Part shown: piece after piece, positions 41,401 through 61,679 of the stretch
How the letters are laid out: every line of letters begins with the position of its first letter
Position numbering within the stretch: position 1 is the first letter of the stretch
DNA from: Pecten maximus
Lineage: Eukaryota
Direction of reading: 5' to 3'
Assembly (NCBI RefSeq): GCF_902652985.1
Contig: NC_047022.1
Span: forward strand, 29,078,001-29,142,000
DNA length: 64,000 nucleotides
Position numbers and translations under genes: made by a program
The notes under the pieces: model-generated
The model's database searches: none
Told to the model about the DNA's origin: nothing
The model's input: the letters and a program-made list of their open reading frames with translations, nothing else

Positions 41401-44400
41401 ACATGCAGAACGCGTGTCACGAATCGGGAGCAACCATGTACACACCTCTTGTACATGCACTTAGAAACTTACATATGTATTAACCGTTTCCTATTTTGTT
41501 TGTAGAATGACGCATTTAAGTGAATTTCCTATCATTACATCACTATCGGTCCCTTCATCAGTATACTATAATACACGTCAGTACACTTAGCGTGATTCAT
41601 CATACAGCAACGCGAGACAAAATACGAACTTTATATTAAACGCATACGTCACACCACACATACACCACGCCATATACATCACACTAACTTGTATACGTCA
41701 CACCACACATACACCACATCACACATACGTCACACCACACATACACCACATCACACATACGTCACACCACACATACACCACACCTACACCACACCACATG
41801 CATCACACCAACTTTTATACGTCACACCACACATACATCACACCACACACACCACACCACACATACATACATCACACCACACACACCACACCACACATAC
41901 ACCACACATATATCACACCACACATACACCACGCCACATACATCACACCAACTTGTATACGTCACACCACACATACACCACATCACACATACGTCACACC
42001 ACACCACACACCTACACCACACCACATACATCACACATACACCACACCACATCACACATACGTCACACCACACCACACACACCTACACCACACCACACAT
42101 ACACCACACCACATCACACATACGTCACACCACACCACACACACCTACACCACACCACATACACCACACATACACCACACCACATCACACATACGTCACA
42201 CCACACCACACACACCTACACCACACCACATACATCACACCAACTTTTATACGTCACCCCACACATACACCACACCACACCACACACACATATATCACAC
42301 CACACATACATCACACCACACATACATCACACCACACATACACCACGCATATATCACACCACACATACATCACACCACACATACACCACACATATATCAC
42401 ACCACACATACACCACACAACACATACGCCACACCACATACACGCCACACCAAACATACGTCACACCACACATACATCACACCACACATACGTCACACCA
42501 CACATACATCACACCACACACACGTCACACCACACATACACCACATCACACATACGTCACACCACACATACATCACACCACATATACACCACATCACACA
42601 TACGTCACACCACATATACACCACATCACACATACGTCACACCACACATATATCACACCACACATACGTCACACCACACATACACCACATCACACATACG
42701 TCACACCACACATACATCACACCACACATACGTCACACCACACATACATCACACCACACATATATCACACCACATATACACCACATCACACATACGTCAC
42801 ACCACACATACACCACGCCACATACATCACACCAACTTTTATACGTCACACCACACATACACCACGCCACATACATCACACCAACTTTTACACGTCACAC
42901 CACACATACACGCCACACCACACATACGTCACATCACATGTAAGAGTTTGACTGGCCAACAATCGGCAAAGCTTGTGCTGACTTGTCAAACTGTTACACT
43001 CGGGTTGAGATGTCCGTGTCCATGGAACAGACCCATATTAGATTCTATTAGTCCCGAACATACACAGTTATCAGTCAACCATCCCTCAAAATACAGTTAT
43101 CCATTTCTACACTGACCTCGAGACATAGCTAACTTCGCAAAATATAATTGCCTATTACTTATTGCTGAATTATTGCAGGGGTGAACTTCATGTTGAGGAA
43201 GTTGGCGACGGTCGCCAGTTCAACTATGACCATCACCCGAGAGGGCAACGAGATCCGTATCGTCACAAAAGGACCTAAAGACACCGATGTCAAGTTCGAA
43301 CTTGGAAAAGAAGTTGTGTCACATGACCCCAACGATAACGAACTGAAGGTTTGTCGTCGACCAACCCAAATCCGTGTCTAAATTCACTATAAACTCATCC
43401 GCTCCACGATTCCCATTTTCATTCATTCATGTCTTCATTTCTCCAAATTTGAAAAGTTACAAATGACATCAATAGTGTGTTACAAAGATAAATATACAAC
43501 GACAAAAATAATTAGTGGTAATAAAATTAAATGAACGAGATCAAACAAGAAATAATATACGATTACATAATAAAAATATACTATGTATTTTTGCTTAGTT
43601 TCCAACTCGCCATTGTACATGTGTGTAGCGTGCGTATGTGGTTTATACACAAGCAGTTTATCTTTGTTAATACAACATCTTGCAAATGATGCCAAAAGGC
43701 GATCTTCATGTTCAAATATGTATTTTATGGCAGCAGGCGGACTACCGAGGATCGTTGCAATTTGAACTTCAGCGAGTAATGTACGCATGGACCGAACAGT
43801 CGTCTTGTATAAGATACCATTCTGATCCGTTAGAGTTGCTTCCTTTCATTTACTGGTACCATGATAGTTTGACAGCCGATTGGAAAAAGCATGATAAATA
43901 CTGTCACTTTCTGGGTTAACCTCTCGACGATTTTTTTCAGGCTATTGTTACATGGTCCGGAGGTAAACTAACGACAGATTCCACTCCGACAGATGGGTCA
44001 AAGGCCAAGGCCACCCTCGTGGAACGATGGATAGAAGACGACCAGCTGATTATGGTTGGTATATGTTTTGATGTAGTCAGATATTGAATGTAGATATGTA
44101 CTAGACAATAGTCCGATAAGAGAGGGCATAAGAAAGGTGAAAGGTCAAGGCTGTATAAGGTCAGAGTGTGTCATTCGTAAGGAGACAAAGTACAGTATAT
44201 ATATGTACATATATGTAGTGGAGGCGCGTGCACTGCGAACAAAGTGTGGACAAGAATGATCGCATGAATTACACGTAATCCATTGCCCTGCTGACGTTCC
44301 ATACATTATCTTAGCAGCACTGGTGTTGTAGGCAGTATTCTAGAGACAAGTCTGCTGGCTAAATTGTTTTCGTATTAGAGATCCAGATGAAGTGATTGAT

Positions 44401-46141
44401 TTTTCAGGCCAGGTTATGAACATTGACTCAGACGGTATGGCTGGGTTGTATCATACCACTGCATTCCTCTCCGCTCTTCTATCTCGATCAAATTCGATAT
44501 TCGTTTTATACTGTAGGCTGTGTCTGTTTACATCCGGATATCGCCCGATAAAGTATCTATTAAAGGTTCAATGAATATGCCATTTTCCTCTGGAATGATT
44601 AACAATGATATGACAATCGCTTCACTACAATTTTGATTTTATTTTTCGACAGAAAATATTCCTTCACCCTTAATCAGATTCCTAAGCGTCGGGTGTGTAA
44701 TAGTTCAGTGGGGAAGGTTTTGGGGCCGACGTCTGTGACAGTAGTACATACAGTGAACGTTATAGTGGTGTGACCAGTCCTCGTGTTGTACAGTAAACGG
44801 TATAGCGGCGTGACCAGTCCTCGTGTTATACAGTAAACGGTATAGCGGTGTGACCAGTCCTCGTGTTGTACAGTAAACGGTATAGCGGTGTGACCAGTCC
44901 TCGTGTTGTACAGTAAACGGTATAGCAGTGTGACCAACCCTCGTGTTATACAGTAAACAGTATAGCGTAGTGACCAGTCCTCGTGTTGTATAGTAAACAG
45001 TACAGCGGTGTGACCAGTCCTCGTGTTATACAGTAAACGGTATAGTGGTGTGACATCAACCCTGGTGTTAAACAGTAAACGGTATAGTGGTGTGACATCA
45101 ACCCTGGTGTTAAACAGTAAACGGTAGAGCGGTGTGACCAGTCCGCGTGTTGTACAGTAAACGGTATAGCGGTGTGACCAGTCCTCGTGTTATACAGTAA
45201 ATGGTATAGGGGTGTGACCAGTCCTCGTGTTATACAGTAAACGGTATAGCGGTGTGACACCAACCCTCGTGTTAAACAGTAACGGTATAGCGGTGTGACC
45301 AGTCCGCGTGTTGTGCAGTAAACGGTATAGCGGTGTGACCAACCCTCGTGTTATACAGTAAATGGTATAGCGGTGTGACCAGTCCTCGTGTTATACAGTA
45401 AATGGTATAGGGGTGTGACCAGTCCTCGTGTTATACAGTAAAAACGGTAGAGCAGTGTGACCAGTCCTCGTGTTGTACAGTAAACGGTATAGCGGTGTGA
45501 CCAGTCCTCGTGTTATACAGTAAATGGTATAGGGGTGTGACCAGTCCTCGTGTTATACAGTAAACGGTATAGTGGTGTGGCACCAACCCTCGTGTTAAAC
45601 AGTAAACGGTATAGCGGTGTGACCAGTCCGCGTGTTGTGCAGTAAACGGTATAGCGGTGTGACCAACCCTCGTGTTATACAGTAAATGGTATAGCGGTGT
45701 GACCAGTCCTCGTGTTATACAGTAAATGGTATAGGGGTGTGACCAGTCCTCGTGTTGTACAGTAAACGGTATAGTGGTGTGACCAACCCTCGTGTTATAC
45801 AGTAAACGGTATAGCGGTGTGACCAGTCCTCGTGTTGTACAGTAAACGGTATAGCGGTGTGACCAGTCCTCGTGTTATACAGTAAATGGTATAGGGGTGT
45901 GACCAGTCCTCGTGTTATACAGTAAACGGTATAGCGGTGTGACACCAACCCTCGTGTTAAACAGTAAACGGTATAGCGGTGTGACCAGTCCGCGTGTTGT
46001 GCAGTAAACGGTATAGCGGTGTGACCAACCCTCATGTTATACAGTAAACAGTATAGTGGTGTGACTTTTCTTTGTTTCTTGTTTCAGTCTGTTAAAGTCA
46101 ACGATGTGAAGATGAAGCGGATATTTAAAAAGAAGAGTTAA
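35419..46141 (+). CDS. Divergent FABP/iLBP copy 4 (146 aa); exons 35419-35521, 43179-43348, 43941-44054, 46088-46141
   Basis: IGGVWVLDKNENLDDYLKEIG|VNFMLRKLA...GPK...DPNDNELK|AIVTWSGG...VERWI..LIM|SVKVNDVKMKRIFKKKS*. Same intron positions and phases as copies 1-3; intron 1 is about 7.7 kb. Confidence 0.88.
36183..36608. repeat. 50-bp minisatellite, ~8.5 copies
   Basis: gactaacaaccattaccaccctcctaccccaaatctggccccgggctaca. Confidence 0.9.
36610..37180. repeat. 33-bp minisatellite, ~17 copies
   Basis: catgttacacctgggattagcgtaccacagcta. Confidence 0.9.
37759..38052. repeat. Degenerate ~37-bp repeat
   Basis: gtgtcaagttgagctagtgtcaagtttggttagtgat, decaying rightwards. Confidence 0.7.
39024..39238. 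mobile_element. Hairpin MITE in FABP copy 4 intron 1
   Basis: Outer TIR tagttacagtctacatgtattt / aaatacatgtagtctgtaacta plus an inner inverted pair of ~40 bp (ggggggctagattaaaattcggt... / ...accgaattttaatcagcccccc). Confidence 0.7.
41643..42938. repeat. Compound CA-rich micro/minisatellite
   Basis: Units such as catacgtcacaccaca, cacca and cacatacacca. Confidence 0.9.
44748..46065. repeat. 40-bp minisatellite, ~33 copies, ending 22 nt before the FABP copy 4 exon 4 boundary
   Basis: (tatagcggtgtgaccagtcctcgtgttatacagtaaacgg)n. Confidence 0.9.
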
Positions 46142-46582
46142 TCAACTCGACAGAGTTTAGGATACGCTTTCCTGTGACCACAAGTGTATTTAAACGTTTT
46201 TTCTACATTAATTGTGCACATGTTCGCGTAATTGGAGACTTTCGTGTCCCGGACATCTGCCAGACATGCCTTTAGAGAGTGATGGATGACGGATGGAACT
46301 TCTGTGTTTAATCAATGTTGTTGTTTTTGCTGATTTTATTTACACAGATTAAAGCTCTGTTTGTTTACATAATAAACATATTGTTTAATTTTTCGTCAAA
46401 AGTTACTTCATCCAAGCGCAAGGTCACTTAATGCAATCGAGTGTTCATTTTGGGGAGGAAGACTCCTGATTTCGGACCCTATATTTAGACATTAATTTTC
46501 TGTAAATCCTATAGTTCAGAATTAAACAAATCAAATTATGTCACAATAAAGAGCCGAAAACATACATGCATGTATTTTTGAG

Positions 46583-47124
46583 TTAAAGAGATATTGCTCA
46601 CAAGTTAGGGTTTTCATAATGTGATTTTAATGATAACTTGTACAAAAGCATCTCCATAATTGTGTTCCTATGGAAATCGTACGCCTCACGTCAGTATATT
46701 ACAAACATTATTATCTGATGTTTGGAAGCTCTTTATAAATCTAGCTAGCTTGATTAGTAAACGTAAACGTGGTACTGATTGTGTATTAATTGCAGTGTGC
46801 CAAACAGAAGTATTTCATAATCACCGGTAAATAAGTCTAACGAAGAAATGGAATTTCGATCGCAACAGAAATTAAAAGTGAACAGCGCACACTTTTATCC
46901 ATTGCTTTTCATTAAATAATGACCAGCGAGACTTCATTTCCTGATTTTCTCGATTCGCTATACTTAGTCGGTCTAATTTTGAAATGTATGTGCCGGGGAA
47001 TTCACACCAATATCATATTGTCCAAATTCATTACAGGACAGATATTTTGAAGCTTACGGGAAGCAACTTAAATATAATGTAGAAGGTACAGAATGGTAAG
47101 AAATTCTGCGCATTATCTCTTTAA
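46583..47124. mobile_element. TTAA-flanked MITE (Kolobok-like)
   Basis: ttaaagagatattgctcacaagtt ... aaattctgcgcattatctctttaa: 24-bp TIR including TTAA, 4 mismatches. Confidence 0.6.
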
Positions 47125-47867
47125 AGGATGTCTGTGTAATTTTCCGCGGCTGGACAATTTGAACACGTACATGCTATATTTTCTCCAAATTACTCTGTTT
47201 TTTTTTACACGCCCATGACGCGAGGGTTATGGCGTCGTCCGTGCGTTCGGTGTATATTTCGACCAATCTCTTTGAAACTTGGTTTGGACCGATTTAGAGG
47301 TTGTGTTTACCCACATTTGGATTCGACTATGTTTTACAAGTTATTTCCCTTCGGCTATTTCAGTGTCTGTTTTAATCTTGCTGTATAGATATAGGGAAAA
47401 GGCTAGAAGAATTATAATTTATTTGAGATAAGCATTCAAAACTATTTGGGTAAGAATGTTTTATTAGCATAAATTCACTTTTCAACAAAAAATTATGGAA
47501 ACTATAACAGACAAAATCAAACATCTTGGGCACAGCTACCTACAAATGTATCGGCCACTTTTTTACCAGCCTGATTTTCTTTCTCTTTTTACGGCACATC
47601 GACACTCTGAAAAATCTCGTTACTGAAGAAATAATTTGAATGTGATGACAAACCTCGGCTGTCAAAATCTATGATAACCGGCATGCTATTACGTAATCAA
47701 TCTCAAAATTGGAAATGCACAACTATTGTTACCAATGGAACATACACATCAAAGATCAAACTTAAAATGATAGTTGGAAAGATTTCGTGAAGCAACGATA
47801 ACAATATCCAGATGTTAAAGTTCCGTAATTCATTGCACTATCGTCTGCAAACTCTGTATTACTACAT

Positions 47868-47986
47868 GCACAGGTGCCTGACTCGTTTTATAAAATAATA
47901 ACATATAGAGTACATATAAATGAGAATTTCTCATTTATATGTACTCTATATGTTATTATTTTATAAAACGAGTCAGGCACCTGTGC
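47868..47986. repeat. Perfect palindrome: 59-bp arms, 1-nt spacer
   Basis: 47868-47926 is the exact reverse complement of 47928-47986; TACAT on both flanks. Confidence 0.95.
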
Positions 47987-50262
47987 TACATGTATATCTG
48001 AATATCCATTATGGAAACATGTTTCACCTCATAATCACTACGGTAATTTCAACCAGCACAACAAGCCGATCAAAAGAAATGACTCTGGAACCAATAAGAA
48101 TTTTGCTGCAAATATTTCTATAACTGTAGGAACGAAACCGGATATTGGTACTAGTAGAAGCGTAGACATGAAATGCACACGAGGGCAGGAGGTACGTCTA
48201 TAAAGCATGTTATCTATGTTTAACGTTCTTGCATACATGTACATTTGATACTCTGCATATAAATTTTCTAAGTTGATAACGAATCAAGCCGCTGGCAAGT
48301 AATCCAAATATAGCGATTATAGTAATATTTAGTTATCATACTTGTGTGTTCGCTAGTGCCGGAATAAATTGATGACGCTAATTTCGGAACACCCAAACGC
48401 CTCCTTTTACTGGTTTCGAGTCACAAGCATTGGGTCTAAATATTTAATTATAATTAAACTAAATTTAACATTTACTGAAAGTTTATAAATAGAAAGTAAA
48501 ATGGAGAACTTAATGTTAGTGCTGGTTTACGACTTACTTCACACCATATGTACGGAGATTGTTCTCGACAGAGACTGACACTCTCTACTGGTTTATCATT
48601 TGATATACTTCCAATGTTACAAGGCGCCCGTTGTAAGTTTCTCATATGAACATCTTATAATGACCCATAACTAACGCCTCTGTTTTTCCTGGTGTCCTTT
48701 AAGATTGTTTTAGCAATATTGCCTACTTTCTTTAATTTTCAACAGATGGAAATCAAACAATATCAACATATTGTGCCAGCAGCCCAATCAATTAAACACA
48801 TGCTACAGTATATACAAAATGTATCTTACAGACTTAGTGGAACCCACTCTAAACCGGTGCATGGTTATCTCCCCTCCTCTGCATAATAAAGAAAATTGGA
48901 ATTTGTAATTTTTCATGAATCCCAATCCAGAAATGACTTTAATATGGAAGTTTATTAAAAAACAATTTTAAAAAAGAATCAGGCATACAACGTACATATT
49001 GTGTATACCAAAATGCATCACATAGGCAGAGACTTACATGTATATAACTAAAGTTAGTACATATATCTCTGACATAGGGCATGAGAAACAGACATTTGTA
49101 TTGCTTTTTACTGAAGCAAAACACGTTTTATTCTTAAGTGAAAATTATTTTCACTTCTGAAATTTCTACTTAATCTTAAAACATCTAGCATATCAATATT
49201 TATCTTATACAAAGACAATACACAAAACTGAGTGAAATCTGAGTTTATAAAAGTCGTGCACATACAGTATTTCTTAAAATAATTTACTAGATGTGTTTTA
49301 TTTCATTTTATAGAAAAAAAATATCTGCATTAGGCCCATGTGTTATATGACCAGGAAAGTTGTCTAGCTATAAGTGACTCCGGTCTTGATGAATAAAAAA
49401 AATGATGGTCGCTGTCAGCACATCGGAATTAATATATTAAATAATTTCTGCTGTGCCTTTACTATATATGGATTAAAGATGATGATAGATGTGGTCCTGT
49501 CTTAGGGTAGATTAGTGCCTTATAATGGTATTTACACACCGAGATATAAACTAACATAGAATTGCATCACCGTGGCCACTTTCCACAACTGTGGCCACGT
49601 TACCTTCTTCAACATAGTAAATGCCCCCCCCCCACCCTTTTTTTCTGGAAAAGATCAGGATGGATGCGCTAATTGAAATAAACGTGTATATAAAAAGTTC
49701 CTTACCTCCCTGATCAGCTAATATAATCTCCAGTCTTTTAACCAGTGATAACATCAGCTATATAACTGGTCTAGAAGTGAATTGACATTGTCTGCCAGAG
49801 ACACAAGAGGTCAGATGTACAAATTCTCCTGATTCATTACACAGGTCCAAATTTTTATACCATGACACAGTTCTTAAACCTTTTAGGAAAAGCATGTTTA
49901 AACTCAGATAACAAACATTTATGTTTCGACAAATGTTGTCTACAATGCTACACATAAGTGGTAAGGTAATGTATATACCTGCCATCACAAAAAATGGGGC
50001 ACCAGTGTTTTTACTATAAAGATATAATGAAAAATTAAAAGTGGTGATTAAAAAACAGTTTTAAGAAAAACTTTGGATATAAAACCCTTTATACTATCAC
50101 ACACCACAGTTTTTTTTGGGGAGTTTGATCAACAGTTACAACATAAGTTTTAAAATCTATAATGTTTCCTGATGACTTGATTAGGTGTGTATATAAGGTA
50201 CTCTTCATAACAATGTGTACCCTGTAGTTCATGTACAATTGTACACAGTAATACAATGTATT

Positions 50263-50423
50263 TAAGGATTGAATAATGTTGTGTTGAGGTGTATGGGGGT
50301 ATAAACCTCAATAGGTCTTGAGACAAATTTTATGAACTGCAAAGCAGTTCATAATAAATTTGGTTCAAGACCTATTGAGGTTTATACCTCCATACACCTC
50401 AACATAACTTTATTCAATCCTTA
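50263..50423. repeat. ~160-bp imperfect palindrome (MITE-like) downstream of the DHPS stop
   Basis: taaggattgaataa..gttgaggtgtatgg..tataaacctcaataggtcttga..tatgaactgc-aaa-gcagttcata..tcaagacctattgaggtttata..ccatacacctcaac..ttattcaatcctta. Confidence 0.85.
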
Positions 50424-50847
50424 TACTTATATTTTTTTGATATTTTGTACAATATTTTGTCTTTGCCAAATAGAGACTTGTGCAAGTCTACCACAGAACT
50501 AACCGAAATGTACGTCATTCTTCTGTTACATATAAATTGTATTACCTGGTAGTTCACATACTTAGTACGTATATCAAAAGTTAGGTTACATCAATATGTA
50601 TTTGGTAGTCCATGTACATTCACATAACAATTATGTCATTCTTTTAACAGTTTAACGGTTAAAAATAAGGCAGATAATACTACGTCGTATACTGCTCTCA
50701 ATCTTAACGAAATAAAAACAGTGGTGTTGCCTTTATATAAAACAAATAACAGGTTGATGTTTCTCGGTCACCTAACAACCTAAACATCAGTATCACAAGG
50801 TTTACATGTCAGATTAATCTCCCGTATAGGAGAGTAAGATTTCAGCT

Positions 50848-58468
<7,621 letters not shown>

Positions 58469-59224
58469 TTTCACCAATCACTTTGCGCTGTCTGAAGAAG
58501 TGAGCTCAACCAATCTGTCTCTGGCTGTAGACTACCTGGGTGGATCGTTCCAATGTAGAGATGTTGCTGTTACTTTCTACTGCTAGTAATTCTGAGGTGA
58601 AGGTGGAGAACTTGTTGCTTATAAATACTAGGGACTCATGTTCTCATTCTGTGAAATATAGTATTGGAGTTTAAACAGTTTAACAGGGCTATGAGCTGGT
58701 TTTTATGCATTACACAGTTAAAAGCATCAATATAAACATGATCCATAATTGACTGCATGTGTACACGACACACCGCTTCAAGATTTGCATTGAAAAATGA
58801 CTTCAAATTACTTGATAATTTTATGTATATTGTACAACTATCTATACATATACACTGTGTGTACAAATTTAAATGTACCCAGTGTATTAAAGTTACTGGA
58901 GCCTCACAATGCACCTTATTACTTTAAAGGCCCCAAAAAGTATTATCTCACTGCCAAGGAAATTTGAGCTACATTTTTAATTTTGTTTTCCGGTGCATTG
59001 ATCTTAAAAAAAAACAACTCATTAAACTGTCAACCATTGTACATGTTGAATCACGTACAGAATCATAACTTCATTTTGTTAGTGATATGACATTGTACTT
59101 ATTAATCTCGCACCAGCTATTACTATTTTACTTTTAAGCATTGAACTGCTTTCAGTTGGAAGTTATGGGCTGATGAATGCCAACTGGACAAAGGCAAATC
59201 TAATGAAGAGTACTTAAGTTTTAA

Positions 59225-61679
59225 CCCACACATGTACATCACATATCCTATAACCTTAACCCAAGCACATCATATATCATATAACCTTCACCAAAACACA
59301 TCATATATCATATAACCTTCACCCAAACACATCATATATTATATAACCTTCACCCACGCACATCATATATTATATAACCTTTACCCACACACATCATATA
59401 TTATATAACCTTCACCAAAACACATCATATATCATATAACCTTCACCCACACACATCATATATTATATAACCTTCACCCACGCACATCATATATTATATA
59501 ACCTTCACCCACACACATCATATATTATATAACCTTCACCCACGCACATCATATATTATATAACCTTCACCCACACACATCATATATTATATAACCTTTA
59601 CCCACACACATCACATATCCTATAACCTTCACCCACGCACATCATATATTATATAACCTTTACCCACACACATCACATATCCTATAACCTTTACCCACAC
59701 ACATCACATATTATATAACCTTCACCCACACACATCATATATCATATAACCTTCACCCACACACATCATATATCATATAACCTTTACCCACACACATCAT
59801 ATATTATATAACCTTTACCCACACACATCACATATTATATAACCTTTACCCACACACATCATATATGATATAACCTTCACCCGAACACATCATATATTAT
59901 ATAACCTTTACCCACGCACATCATATATCATATAACCTTTACCCACACATGTACATCACATATCCTATAACCTTTACCCACACACATCATATATCATATA
60001 ACCTTCACCTACACACATCACATATCCTATAACCTTTACCCACACACATCACATATCCTATAACCTTTACCCACACACATCATATATTATATAACCTTTA
60101 CCCAAGCACATCATATATTATATAACCTTTACCCACACACATCATATATTATATAACCTTCACCTACACACATCACATATCCTATAACCTTTACCCACAC
60201 ATGTACATCACATATCCTATAACCTTTACCCACACACATCACATATTATATAACCTTCACCCACGCACATCATATATCCTATAACCTTTACCCACACACA
60301 TCATATATCATATAACCTTCACCAAAACACATCATATATCATATAACCTTCACCCACACACATCATATATTATATAACCTTCACCCACGCACATCATATA
60401 TCATATAACCTTCACCAAAACACATCATATATTATAAAACCTTCACCCACACCCATCATATATTATATAACCTTCACCAAAACACATCATATATCATATA
60501 ACCTTCACCTACACACATCATATATTATATAACCTTCACCCACACACATGTACATCACATATTATATAACCTTCACCAAAACACATCATATATCATATAA
60601 CCTTCACCAAAACACATCATATATCATATAACCTTCACCCACACACATCATATATTATATAACCTTCACCCACGCACATCATATATCATATAACCTTCAC
60701 CCACACACATCATATATTATATAACCTTCACCAAAACACATCATATATTATATAACCTTCACCCACACACATCATATATTATATAACCTTCACCCACGCA
60801 CATCATATATCATATAACCTTCACCCACACACATCATATATCATATAACCTTCACCCACACACATCATATATCATATAACCTTCACCCACACACATCATA
60901 TATTATATAACCTTCACCAAAACACATCATATATTATATAACCTTCACCCACACACATCATATATCATATAACCTTCACCCACGCACATCATATATCATA
61001 TAACCTTCACCCACACACATCATATATCATATAACCTTCACCCACACACATCATATATTATATAACCTTCACCCACACACATCATATATCATATAACCTT
61101 CACCCACACACATCATATATTATATAACCTTCACCCACACACATCATATATTATATAACCTTCACCCACACACATCATATATTATATAACCTTCACCCAC
61201 ACACATCATATATTATATAACCTTCACCCACGCACATCATATATCATATAACCTTCACCCACACACATCATATATCATATAACCTTCACCCAAACACATC
61301 ATATATTATATAACCTTTACCCACACACATCATATATTATATAACCTTCACCCAAACACATCATATATTATATAACCTTCACCAAAACACATCATATATT
61401 ATATAACCTTCACCAAAACACATCACATATTATATAACCGTCACCAAAACACATCATATATTATATAACCTTCACCCACACACATCATATATTACATGTA
61501 TATAACCTTCACCCACACATATCATACCTATGTATATTATATAACATTCAACCACACACATCACATATTATATAACCTTCACCCACACACATCACATATT
61601 ATATAACCTTCACCCAAACACATCATTTATTATATAACCTTCAACCACACACATCACATTTTGTAAAACCTTAACTCAC
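59225..61679. repeat. 31-bp minisatellite, ~79 copies
   Basis: (acatcatatattatataaccttcacccacac)n. Confidence 0.92.

Noticed and set aside
41689-42951. 420-aa and 381-aa His/Thr-rich ORFs
   Set aside because: Translations of a CA-rich microsatellite inside FABP copy 4 intron 1; open in several frames, with no domain or splice support
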